From: the human T2T-CHM13v2.0 reference genome, Homo sapiens | NCBI RefSeq assembly: GCF_009914755.1 | Contig: NC_060942.1 | Length of the DNA: 64,000 nucleotides | Direction: 5' to 3' (one strand) | Shown here: in pieces, positions 13,826 to 26,660 of the stretch | Layout: every line of letters begins with the position of its first letter | Numbering within the stretch: position 1 is the first letter of the stretch | Made by a program: the position numbers and the translations under genes | The notes under the pieces: generated by a model | Told to the model about the DNA's origin: nothing | What the model saw: only the letters and a program-made list of their open reading frames with translations | Database searches by the model: none

Positions 13826-15359
13826 GTCTGGTGGAGTACAGATTATTTCCAGCCCTGTACAAGCTTTGGAAATTATTCTGTGTATCATTTCTGGTGATTC
13901 TTTTTCTCACCTCTGGCAATTTCTTCTCCTTCTCCTCTTCTTCCTCCTCCTATTTCTCCTTTGTCTTTGCAATTGCAGATCAGTACTCAGCCAAGTACTT
14001 GAGGATATTCCTCTATAGATGCTGGAGTTCTCTCTGTGTATATAATCCTTTTGCTCCTGGTTTCTCTGCCCCTCAAGTTTTAGCTGCCTTGGCTTCTCTG
14101 ATCTCTAGTCTCTGACTCCGCAACTCAATAGAACTGCTGGTCTGTGTTTGGATTCATCCTCCCCGTCCTACAGCCTGAAAATGGCTCTCACCAATTGTAG
14201 CCAGTTACTATCTTCTTGACATCACAGTCTCACATTGCCTGTTGTTTAATGTCTGAAAACCAGTCACAGGTTTTGTTCTGTTTTCCTCTTGTTTAAGCAG
14301 GAGGATAAATTCAGCTTCTGTTATTTCATCTATAAGCAGAAATTGTTTTATGTGTTATTTTCTCTTGCCAAAAGCATTTTAGAGCTGGAAAGTAACACGT
14401 TCAGGGGAAATTTAAAGGCGCATCCTTTATCTTCCATCTCTCTGCCTCCAAACAGAAACTTCGATGTAACCCACTTGCCTGCCACAACTCCAGGACTTGT
14501 TAAACTTGGCCGTATGGACAAATAAACTGAAAATAAAAAAGATGGGTTGGATCTGTTTATTACACAGTGAGTTCCTCATGGACATGTGCTGTTTGCCTCT
14601 AGGAACACCCCACAGCACGGCCTGATGCTTCTGAGGACCTACCAGAGGTGGTCCTGTTTTTTGACTTGAGCATTTTACATTTGTTTTTCAGAAGAATGAA
14701 GGTTAGCAGTTATCCCTGTGCCTCAGTGGATCCTCTCTGAGAATATGTCTATTGAAACACTTGAGTGACAAGTACCGTTAGTGGTATCAAAAAAGCTCAA
14801 GAAATTTGATGTAAGTTCTCAAAAACTTACATCAAAGAACCACTAAGGGCAAAGGGAAGTGAATGTGTCCTTTCGAGAAGGACAAGTTGAAGCAGCATGG
14901 TACACACATTTTGTTGAAATTTCATATTTTCTACTAAAAATTCATGAAGACATCTCTGGATTTAACTGTGTATACTTCAGATTTTGAAATTGTATATTCC
15001 TCATATTCAGTGGTTGAATGCACCTGAATCCCTGCTGTTCCTTGACCACTGCATAATGAGTTTTCAAGAGCTGGCCTGTGCAAACCCCACTACACTTTGT
15101 CAGCCACATGTGGGATTAAGCATATGTTTTACTCACTCTTTCTCCTTCCATCCTCAGCACTACAGAAGAACAGGAGCTGACCATTTGTTACTTCGTTTTT
15201 GAAAGTTGCCCACATCTGTTCTGCTGGCTTCATAAGTGGATGTCTCTTCTCCATGGCGAGATTATGAATAGGGTGTGGTGATCAGGTCTGGAAGGTCTCT
15301 TGCATTTCCTCCAGAGGCTGGTACAGTGCTGGAGACAGGAAAGGCACTGGGCTTTTAGT

Positions 15360-15444
15360 GACTTACGAAGCTAGATCAAGTTAGCTAGGAGTTCTGGGTT
15401 TTCTCAAAACCACCAATAATTAATTGCTTTCAGTTAACTACTTT
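15360..15444 (+). repeat. 85-bp dispersed direct repeat, copy B
   Basis: Ungapped match of 71/85 to 13741-13825. Confidence 0.9.
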
Positions 15445-16290
15445 TTTCTTTGAGTCTTGCTGTACAGAACTCTCTTCTACTTCTCTGCTCTTAGCTGGAT
15501 GGGATGGTAGGAGAAGGAGGGGGATTAGGGGATGGAATCGGTAGTCAAATCTTTATCCCCTGTGTGCCCAAGGTAGAGGAAGGAGCCATGCTGTTATTTC
15601 TGCTAGCCATCCAAATGTCTTTGTGTGGTAAGGAGAGCTGCAGTCATTGCTTTCAATTTACTAATGGGAAACAGAGACTCAGAGGGGCTGAATAATTAGT
15701 TCATTCTACTTGGGTAGAATTGAGAGAAAGAGAAGACAGCTTTCCTAATTCCACTGCTCCTGCCATTGTGCTTCCCGTGTGGTCCAACAACTCAACTAAG
15801 TGACATTTGCTCTTTCAAAAATGCAGATTTGCCTTTCTAAAGGGAACACATTTTATGAAGTGGATAAATCAATTTGAGATATTTGGTCAAATCAAGGAAT
15901 GAGGAGAAATGAAATTAGTGTTCTGAGCATAACACAATGGCGAGTTCATGACAGCTTCCCCATTCTTCCTGATCACAAGTTCCACTTGAGGCTTCTTTCT
16001 TTGTGAGGGGGGTGGGGGTGGGAATCTCAAATTGCATTTATCCCATAATAATACTTAATGCCTTTGCAAAAATTAGTCTTCAGAATTCTATATGGAAAGG
16101 GTTCATCTTTATTTCCCCAGCATTTTAAAGGTGTCACTTTAAAAATCCTATGTACAATCTTCAGTGTAAAATAAGCCAGTATGATTTTGTAGATTATACA
16201 CCATTCCACAATACAACTAGTCTACTAACGTGGCCTTAGACACCTGAGATGCACACTGCATGGTGTTTCATGATTTTAAAAAAATCTTTT

Positions 16291-16598
<308 letters not shown>

Positions 16599-16904
16599 TC
16601 ATTCAGTGAAAGGCAAGAATGACAACTAAACCCTAAAAAAGCCCTTTTGATTCAGACTCCTACATGGCCACTGTTTTCTATATTTCATACCCAGTGTGCA
16701 ATTAGTCGAGGTGTGTGCCTCTGAATTCTTCAAGGGTTAAAATTCAACACCCGGCACCTAGTAGCAAATGAGAAATTCGGTTGTTTTCTCTTAGACCGTC
16801 AGTCTTTTATAAGCCTATTATAAAACCAACACTTCTCATTGCCAGGCCAATCCTAAACTATTAAATAGAGGCTAGTATTTGAATTAAGGGTGTTATTGTA
16901 ATCG

Positions 16905-17197
16905 TTTTAAATTTTGAGATGGGCTCTTACTGTGTTACCCCAGCTGGAGTGCAGTGGCGGGATCTCGGCTCACTGCAGCCTTGACCTCCTGGGCTCAAGC
17001 AATCTCCCTGTCTCAGCCTCCTGAGTAGCTGGGACTACAGGTATGTGCCACAACGCCCAGCTAATTTGTGTGCTTTTTGTAGCGAAGGGGTTTTGCCATG
17101 TTGCCCAGGCTGATTTTGAACTCCTGAGATGAAGCTATCTGCCTGCCTCGGCCTCCCAGAGCGTTGGTATTACAGGCCTGAGCCACCACACCAGGCC
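16905..17197 (-). mobile_element. AluJ element
   Basis: Reverse dimer with TSD ttattgtaatc (16893-16903 / 17198-17208). Confidence 0.93.
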
Positions 17198-17629
17198 TTA
17201 TTGTAATCTTAACACATAAAAGTGTAGGGCTTGGTTAAGATTAAGGGAATGTCTTGAGCTTGGTTCTTTTGGGGGAGGCTATATCTCTGTTGTAAAAATC
17301 CACCCCAAAACTATTTTATTATACTCAGGAAGATATGAGGGGGTTGTTCTTTGGAACTGGGCTGCCCAGTGCAGTCCCCATTAATCACCTATGCTACTGA
17401 GCACTGGAAGTATGGCTCACTTAGATTGATAGCCCTGGTTTAGATCTTTTCCTGCAGTGGTGGGTTACTTCTCACTGTCAGAAAAAGCAGGAACCGAAGG
17501 GGAGTGGTCAGCTAAGCCAGACATAAAGCAACAGGAGGACTGAGCTCACTAAGTTTGTGGACTCTGAATTCTAAGTTTTACCCTTGGGCTGTTGGTGAAC
17601 ATGGTCAATATCTCACCATTTGAGATATC

Positions 17630-17937
17630 TTTTTTTTTTTTTTTTTTTTTTTTTTGAGATGGAGTCTTGCTGTGTCGCCTAGGCTGGAGTGAAGTGGTGT
17701 AATGTCGGCTCACTGCAACCTCCACCTCCAGGGTTCAAGTGATTCTCCTACCTCAGCCTCCCGAGTGGCTGGAATTACAGGCTCCTGCCGCCATGCCCAG
17801 CTAATTTTTGTATTTTTAGTAGAGATGGGATTTCACCATGTGGGCCAGGTTTGTCTTGAACTCCTGACCTCAAGTGATCCAACTGCCTCGGCCTCCCAAA
17901 GTGTTGGGATTACAGGTGTGAGCCACCACACCCAGCC
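17630..17937 (-). mobile_element. AluS element
   Basis: Poly-T plus full reverse dimer. Confidence 0.95.
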
Positions 17938-17986
17938 CCACCTTTCAATATTTCTTTGGGATATCTCTGGGTCTTTACTCTCTAAA

Positions 17987-18600
<614 letters not shown>

Positions 18601-18819
18601 GTATAGACATTTTGACTTTAGTCCTCAAATAGGCAAGAGGAAGACATAAACTGGAATCTAGAATAAAGGAAAAACATCTCATAGTTATATTCAAGTTGAT
18701 TACAGATTATACTATAATGTAAGTATGGACTTCTAAAAAACGTTATAAACCTAGGTTGTTGTATATATCTAAAATCTAACTGGAGGTAAAAGGGGAAAGA
18801 ACTAGTTATCCATTGATCA

Positions 18820-19000
18820 CCAAGGTATGCTAGGAACTATGCTTGTTGCTTGACACATATTATTTTACTAAATCCTTACAATAATCTTATGACTGTTATT
18901 ATTGGCCCCATTGAAAATTAACAAAATTGAGATGCAGAAGGAGTAGAAGCTTACCCAAAGAATTACAACAAGAAATCAATACTAGAGCTAGGATCCTACC
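18820..19000 (-). mobile_element. MIR fragment
   Basis: 'aatccttacaataatcttatga...ttattggccccatt...aaattgagatgcagaagg'. Confidence 0.55.
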
Positions 19001-19785
19001 TGAGCCCACACTGCCTAACTAGGTGACATAGCTCCATTCATTCTGAGCTCTTAGATCACCATGTACCCAAGTAAATTTAACCTTCATTTGATGAAAATAT
19101 TTGCCTATTAAGCCCTCTAAAACAAATCTAGAAAACATGCACACCACATAATTTTCATTTGTAGTTTTTATTTTTTAAGTTTTATGGGCTTTGATATCTT
19201 CAGGAAAATGTGAAGAAAAACACATACATTCATCTTGTGAGTATATAAATAGATAGATACATGGGTATAAAAACAGACCATATTTTGTGGATGGGAAATA
19301 TGACTGACATACTGCTTATAGTTAGATGCTGTCATTGGATGACATTGGGCAAGCTTGTCATGTGTCTTCTGATGTCTCCCTTGTCCTTTATCAACTCACC
19401 TTCTTGCTGAACACTTTTGGAGTTTCTTGTGTGTTTATTGGCTACTGAATCTCCTTCCAACTAAATTATGTAGAGTCTAGGAAACACAGTTCTGAAATTT
19501 AATCCTGGTTCATTTGCTAGAACTCTGGATTTTTTTCCCCAAATAGTTTGGTTTCTTATACACTAATCAGGACCATTTTCCTAGTTGGAAAAAAGCAGGC
19601 ACAAGGTGTGGTGGCAGACTTGCATGGTGGGTGGCCCTGAGGCGGGGTGCATGGCAGGTGAGGACCTCTGGCCTTTGAAGGACTTGGGGAGAGAGCAGAG
19701 ATTTCAGAGGAAAAAGAACAAATCGAACAGACTCAAATAACACACAAATGAGCACCAGCCCATTTTATTGTAGAAAGTTGGGTAC

Positions 19786-19929
19786 TTTTTTTTGTGTGTG
19801 TGTGTGTTTTGTAGAGATGGGGTTTTGCCATGCTGCCCAGGCTGGTCTCGAACACCTGGGCTCAAGTGATTTGCCCACCTCGGCTTCTGAAAGTGCTAGG
19901 GTTACAGGAGTGCGCCACCGTACCCAGCC
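19786..19929 (-). mobile_element. Alu monomer (FLAM-like) with (TG)n in the tail
   Basis: 'gtagagatggggttttgccatgctgcccaggctggtctcgaac...', with TSD-like ggtact on both sides. Confidence 0.85.
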
Positions 19930-21456
19930 AGGTACTCTTAAGTGATGAGCAGACGTGCCATATTTAGTTGAATATCTTCAAGAGAGAAGCACACACTATA
20001 GGGCCACAAGCTCTAAATGAATGCTGTCATACTAATTTAGAGAGCAACTTTACCCAAGTGTCTTCCCCAGTACTTCCCTAAGAATTCAAGGGATGTAAAA
20101 ATTCAAAGCCCTGGTTGCATCTGGAGTTTAAATGTAAAGGAATGTAAACTGTTTTTCCTGGTTACAGAGAGTCTCTCTCTCTCTCTGAATCGTATTGGTC
20201 AGGTTGGATTCCTCATTTCTAGAGAGATGAATAAACCCATCTGCAGACTTTCTGTTTGTAAAAGCCTAAAGTAACACAAAATGTTGAGTGTTTTGTGAAC
20301 ATAGCTAGCACATTTAACTCTGAGACTAGGTGGAAAAGAACATTGCAATGAGGCACATAGTTTTTGTTTTCGTAATGTTTTAAAAATTGAGAAGGAATGA
20401 TCAAAACACAGCTAAAGACAAGTTAATCTAACTAAGATTGATAAGAACGTGCATTAGGACATGCTTATTTTGACCTAGATGTGATTGTTATTTTAGTATT
20501 CTATGTCCTTGCTAGTCTTGCAAATATAGTCTTTCATGAAGAAAAATAAAAGCCTAGACAAAATGACCCCCTATTCAAACCAAACTGCCATGGTGTCTTT
20601 GGTGTGTAAATGGAATTACGTTCTTTACAGCAGTGATTTTTAGTCACGTGTACTGGGTTAGATTGATTGTCAAATTTGGGGAGAGGAAAGAATTTCCCTC
20701 TGGGGTGTACTGGCAATTATTTTTCAGTTGTTTTTGCCCTGCTCTGGAGCATGAAGCCAATATCATTTTTAGGATCAGGTGAGTTTATCCAACATGATCA
20801 ATTTCCTGTGGTTGTCTGCTGCTGTCACAGGGGGAGGGGAAAGCAGCTCTCCTTGATCACTTTGACACTAAAAGCTGTCGTTTGGAAATTGACCAGGACA
20901 TAAAACTCTGAGCCCCTAATGACAACCACAAAAAGATCAAGAGACTAATGAAGTCATGGAGAGAGTCGGGATAGTACAAAGCGGGTTACCCCTAGCTCAC
21001 ACCTTCCCTGCTCCCTCTAATGAGGTACAGCACTGGGTAACTTGTGTCAAGTCATAATGCATCATGCCTCTAGAGTGTTCTGTCAGGGCCCTAGGAGTAA
21101 TGTGACATGACAGATACAGCAGAAGATAATGAGTCAAATTCTCTCTGCTGCTGAACATTGCTCGATAGGAATTGCAGGTGCTGAAGAAGGTGGCTTACTC
21201 ACCACTTAGAGGAGCAACTGGGCTCCATGGCCACCTCTGGACAGGGGGCCTCATTTGGCAATTTCATGGGTTTGCTGGAAACTGGGCTGAATCCCACTGG
21301 TGAGGTTGTCCCCTCACTAATTCCTAGAGAACTTTATCTGCTGCCTGGAGTTTCAGTCTTTGGCTTTGTTTCTGTCCTCCAGACATTTCTGCTTACTGGT
21401 GCCCTCCTTCTTCTTCCCAATTTAATTCAAACCAACAAACACTTCTTTAGAATTTA

Positions 21457-21882
21457 CAACCCAAATGTCCAACAATGATAGACTGGATTAAAAAAATATG
21501 GCACATATACACCATGGAATACTATGCAGCCATAAAAAATGATGAATTCATGTCCTTTGTAGGGACATGGATGAAGCTGGAAACCATCATTCTCAGCAAA
21601 CTATCGCAAGGACAAAAAACCAAACACCACATGTTCTCATTCATAGGTGGGAATTGAACAATGAGAACACACGGACACAGGAAGGGGAACATCACACACC
21701 TGGGACTGTTGTGGGGTGGGGGAGGGGGGAGGAATAGCATTAGGAGATACACCTAATGCTAAATGATGAGTTAATGGGTGCAGCACACCAACATGGCACA
21801 TGTATACATATGTAACAAACCTGCACGTTGTGCACATGTACCCTAAAACTTAAAGTATAATAATAATAAAATTTAAAAAAAA
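21457..21882 (+). mobile_element. 5'-truncated young L1PA (L1PA3/4-like) 3' end
   Basis: ORF2 C-terminus 'DWIKKIWHIYTMEYYAAIKNDEFMSFVGTWMKLETIILSKLSQGQKTKHHMFS', canonical 3' UTR, A tail, and TSD agaattta (21449-21456 / 21883-21890). Confidence 0.95.
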
Positions 21883-21929
21883 AGAATTTATTATGAGCCT
21901 TCTAATTGTCCCTGCTCCTACTCTCTTGC

Positions 21930-22460
21930 CTGCATGGTCCACTTGCCACACAGCTGGAGTGACCTTTGAAGAGCACACTGGTCACCGGCTTAAAATCCCC
22001 TTAAAGCCTTGCAAACTCTTCCCTTCACATTTTAGGTTTTCACATGATGCTGTGTCTCCTTAGCATCTCAAACATGTTGTCTTGTTCTCCCATTACTCTG
22101 TGCACTCCAGCCACACTGGTTTTCTTTCTGTGCCCTGAATTCACCCAACCCTCATTCCTGCCTAGGTGCAGCAAGGCTTGGTGTCATGGAGACTAAGAGA
22201 TGAGAGTTTTAAGGAGGGCATGATCAACTGTGCTGAGAGTGGTTGATGTTGGTTGAGAAGACCTTGCATTAATTTTGGGAAGATAGGGGTCATTAGAGCC
22301 TATGACATTAGCAATTTCTATTGTGAGATGGATGCCACATTGTAGTAGGGCAGTAGAGAAAAGGAAGGAAGGAAAAGGAAGCTATTCATTCAAGAAATTT
22401 TGCTATGAAGGAGAGCAGAGAAATGGGGCAGTAGTTGGAGGGAGATGTGTGGTAAAGGGC
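21930..22460. mobile_element. L2 fragments (opposite orientations)
   Basis: 'ctctgtgcactccagccacactggttttc' (+) and 'ttcattcaagaaattttgctatgaaggagagcagagaaatggggcagtag' (-). Confidence 0.55.
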
Positions 22461-22649
22461 AGTGTTGTGATTTTTATTTATTATAGATGATAGTAGAGAG
22501 GGAGTGACCTAAATAGAGGAGTGTAGCAGTATTTCCCAGCAGAGTTGAGCACCTACTGAGAATTTGTGGTCATGCACTTAAAGAGAGAACATGGTGTGCA
22601 CTTCACTGGAGTAGCTTCTCTAAGTTTGAAGGAGGTCTGTGAGCATGGT

Positions 22650-22785
22650 GGAGAGCATCGACATTGAATCAAGTGAGACTGGGTTTGAATCCTGGCTTTG
22701 TTTCTCACTGGTTATTGAATTTTTTGGAAAAATTATTTAACCTTCTTTAACATTAGTTTTCCTATACATAAAATGGAAATAATTT
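22650..22785 (+). mobile_element. MIR fragment
   Basis: 'gactgggtttgaatcctggcttt...ttatttaaccttc...ttagttttcctatacataaaatgg'. Confidence 0.65.
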
Positions 22786-22851
22786 ATATTATTATTATTT
22801 ACATTAGTGGACTGGAGTTAGCCCTCAGAAACTTGTTCCAGGTATTGACTT

Positions 22852-23082
22852 TCTTTCTTTTTTAGATAGGGTCTCACTTTGTTGTCCAGGTTGGAGTGTA
22901 GTGGCACGATCATGGCTCACTGCAGCCTCAACCTCCTCAGGCTCAGGTGATCCTCCCCACTTTGTACAGATAGGGTTTTGCCATGTTGCCCATGTTGGTC
23001 TTACACTCCTGGGCTCAAGTGAGGCACCTGCCTCAGACTCCCAAAGTGCTGGGATTATAGGGATAAGCCACCATGCCTGGCC
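22852..23082 (-). mobile_element. AluJ with a large central deletion
   Basis: The right arm joins the left arm at 'gatcctccccac|tttgtacagatagggtt'. TSD ttgactt. Confidence 0.88.
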
Positions 23083-23307
23083 TTGACTTCTTAATGAATG
23101 CTAACTGCTGGTAACTCGGGATTGGAGGGAAAATTCTGGAAGTGCAACAAGAGACACAGTAATGTTCCTCTGCCTTTTGCATGTTAGAGATTGCAGAAGT
23201 AATATTTCCCCAGACGCACATAGGGCTATCTTATGCTATATGATGGTCAAAGTTTTTTCTCTAGTACTGAAGACTAGTAATAAACAGTACATTCCTTAGA
23301 AAATAAG

Positions 23308-23670
23308 TGATATGGTTTCGCTGTGTCCCCACCCAAATTTCATCTTGAATTGTAGCTCCTATAATCCCCATGTGTCATGGCAGAGACCTGGTGGGAGGTA
23401 ATTGAATCATGGAGGTGGGTTTTTTCCATGCTGTTCTCATGATAGTGAATAAGTTTCACCAGATCTGATGGTTTTATTAAGGGCAGTTCCCCTGTACATG
23501 CTCTCTTGCCTGCCGCCATGTAAGACGTGCTTTTCTCCTCCTTCACCTTCTGCCATGATTGTCAGGCCTCCCCAGCCATATGGAAATATGAGTTCATTAA
23601 ACCTCTTTTTCTTTATAAATTACCCAGCCTCGGGTATTTCTTCATCGCAGTATGAAAATGAACTAATACA
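23308..23670 (+). mobile_element. THE1 (ERVL-MaLR) solo LTR
   Basis: Starts 'tgatatggtttcgctgtgtccccacccaaat', ends 'gaactaataca', with perfect 5-bp TSD ATAAG. Confidence 0.95.
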
Positions 23671-23983
23671 ATAAGCTAGCATTTTACCACTTCTTCTACC
23701 TCTCAAAATGACATGTCTAATTGACTTCCTTTGCTGTCTACTTTGATTCTCTTTATTCATATTCAATCTGATTCAACCTGCTTTCTATAAATGAAAGAGA
23801 AGGATGAGGTGAATCTGTGGAGGGAAACCCTATGATATTGGAAAGCAAGAGAATTAAGATTATTTGAAAGCAAGAAAATTAATTATCTTAATTTGCAAAA
23901 ACATATGAAGAGAGTTTCTGGAGGAAAACACTGTTGAGCCACTAGGCAAGTATGACTCTCCAGTCATATTCAAGCTACTTCAG

Positions 23984-24072
23984 TATGTGTGTGTGTGTAT
24001 ATATATACACACACACGCACACACACACACATGCACATATACATGCATATATATATAATATACAGAGAGAGA
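23984..24072. repeat. (TG)/(TA)/(CA) compound microsatellite
   Basis: Visible directly in the sequence. Confidence 0.9.
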
Positions 24073-24084
24073 CCGTTTAGTACT

Positions 24085-24410
24085 GTTAACACTCACATAC
24101 CCATTATCCAAATTCAACACCTGCTTCCTCCACTCCTGCGGTATTCTTAAGAGACTCTCAGGCAACATATCATTTTATTAGAAAATGTTTGTATGGTTTT
24201 CTAAAAGATAAAGACCATTAAAAAAACACAACTATGATATCATTATCATACCTAAGAGATTTGGCAGTAATTCTTTAATATTACCAAATATCCAGTCAGT
24301 GTTCACGTTTCTAGTTGTCTTAAAATTTCTTTTCCAATGTTTTGGTTTATACTGAATTTATACTGTTACTTTCAATTCAAATTTAGAACTACAGTGTTTT
24401 AAATCAACCT
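24085..24410 (-). mobile_element. Old L1MC/ME 3' fragment
   Basis: 'taattctttaatattaccaaatatccagtcagtgttcacgtttc' and 'caattcaaatttagaactacag'. Confidence 0.55.
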
Positions 24411-24530
24411 CTCTGATGTATTCTCTTGTTTCATCATTTTTTATAATGGAAGTATTTTTGGTCGGATGGAAATAATAAAATGGAGAAAGTTAAAGTGGAT
24501 TTCTATGAGCAAAGACAGTTGACTCTACAT

Positions 24531-24864
24531 TAGGGGGCTCAACCCCAGGGCTACGGACCAGTACCAGTCCATGGCCTGTTAGGAAGCCACTGCACAACAG
24601 GAGGTGAGTGGCGGGCAAGTGAGCATTACCACCTGAGCTCTGCCTCCTGTCAGATAAGCGGTTGCATTAGATTCTCAGAGGAGCACGAAGTTATTGTGAA
24701 CTGTGCATGTGAAGGATCTAGATTGTGTGCTCTTTATGAGAATCTAATGCCTGATGATCTGAGATGGAACAGTTTCATCCCAAAACCATCCCCACCACCC
24801 TGTCCGTGGAAAATTTGTCTTCCACGAAACTGGTTCCTGGTGCCAAAAAGGTTGGGGACCACTG
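24531..24864 (+). mobile_element. MER1B hAT-Charlie DNA transposon
   Basis: 'ggaccagtaccagtccatggcctgttagg...cctggtgccaaaaaggttggggaccactg', with 8-bp TSD ctctacat / ttctacgt. Confidence 0.9.
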
Positions 24865-26439
24865 TTCTACGTGTCATCCTTTGAGTGACATGAACTTTCT
24901 GATGATGCAGAGACTTCATGGAGTTAAAGATTCAGTAATTGAGACTGGGACTTTACAGTTCATGGGATGATAAACCAACAAAAAAGGGAAGTGCACCATT
25001 ATCACAAAGAAACAAAATATTTTAAGAGCACTGGAAGTTTTGCTGTAACTAATTCACAGTTTCACATGGTTTTACATTTTGGAATAATAGGAAGTCAATA
25101 TATTAACCATATTAATAATAAAGCAATAATTTACCAATACTAAAACCAAAAGGTGCTTCTGTACTTATGTGAATGAGTCCTTTTTGATTAGTTGATTTTG
25201 TTTTGAACACTGATACCACTTAGCTTTAGTATTTAGTCATTTTTATGGAGTATTTCAACAATGGTCAAAAATGTATAGTAACATTTTAGCCAGGTCAAAA
25301 TCAATACATAAAGGATATTTACCAAAAAAAAATAATTCTGGGAAACAATCTGCTTCTGATCTTAATTGATTTCATTGCTAAGGTTATTCAAAAAATATCA
25401 GACTATCTGATCAGTTTTTATCAGATTTTGAGAGTGCTTGGTGATACATTCAGCCTCTGCCAGCAGTATGACTTGAATGAACAATTATATAAAAATTTAG
25501 AAATATGAAGAATACTTCTGGAAAGAAAGATAAAAGGAAATTGCTTGGTGTATCTAGTTTTTATCCTTCACATGCCTTCTCTGTTGGCTGCTAAGACTAC
25601 AGACTGCAGATCCAGCCTCAACCTCGTCTTTAGTATTTGCATATCCTTAACTGGGGACATTCAAGAACTCCTAGTCCAGTGCTCCTAGACCCAGCACGAG
25701 AGAAGCTGGCACAGCACCTCTCGTAGTGCTCAATATCCACTGAATATGAACTTGACCACACTATTGGTAGCAGGCCTTCAGTTTGAGACTGGATACCTGG
25801 AACTCACAGAACAGTATGGGGTGTGTGCCAGGTTGTGTAGGAGAATGTGATGGTGCAGGACAAACAGGTTCCCTGCCCTCCTGGAGCCTATGGTTTTATG
25901 CTTTGTTTTTTGCTCCTGAGTCTCAATTTTTATAATCTGCTGAAACATTTTTCCCACTAGGGCTCCCGTTTTGCTTTGTTCTTCCAGTTCCTTTCTCAGG
26001 GGTAACAGTTCTACTCCTGAACTTCAACCTGGTGTCTCGGTCCCTGGAACCCTCCAATGGAGGTCTCCATTGGCCTTTGATGAGAACATCATCCACTTCT
26101 GAGACTTCCTGTTGTCCTGCTCTGCGAACCCCGGGCCTCTTCAATGTTGTTGGCCATCCATAGACCTTCTGTCTGCTGGACTGCGCTCCCCTACCGGGTC
26201 TCTCTGAATGGTGTTCTGACCCCTCTGGCTGCAGGTCAATTCACCATGGCCAGCCATGGTCTGAACTAAGACAGTAGTGTGGAGGAGGCAGAATAGTGTG
26301 GTGATCTTTCTAAGAACCTGACATCCTTAAACTCAGTTCTCTCTCCTTCTGATATGTACATCACCAAAACATATGCGGGTGACAATTTGAAAATTCTGAT
26401 AGGGAATTCGATTTGCTTGAGTTCAAACAATGGAAATAC

Positions 26440-26660
26440 GGAGACTTCCTGGTTCTACCACTTACTGGTTGTGTGACCTTTGGCAAGTTACTTAATCTTT
26501 CTGTACCTCAGAGACCTCATCTATAAAATGAAGATAATAATAGCATTTATCTCACAAGACTGCAGTGAGGATTAAATGAGATAATCCACGTAAGGTGCTT
26601 AGAATGTTGTCTGGCACATGGTAAATGCTCAATAATGTCAGCTACTACTATTGTCATCAT
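26440..26660 (+). mobile_element. MIR
   Basis: 'cacttactggttgtgtgacctttggcaagttacttaatc...ctcatctataaaatg...gtgaggattaaatgagataa...ggcacatggtaaatgctcaataa'. Confidence 0.85.

Larger units (their letters stand above)
10060..14345 (-). mobile_element. Long, fragmented old L1M (L1MD/ME-like) with deletions, Alu insertions and templated insertions
   Basis: T-rich antisense L1 throughout. The minus-strand ORF 11430-11639 'IEGNFLNWIKSSYKKPTANTILNGERLSTFTLRSGT' is an L1 ORF2 reverse-transcriptase remnant. Confidence 0.85.
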
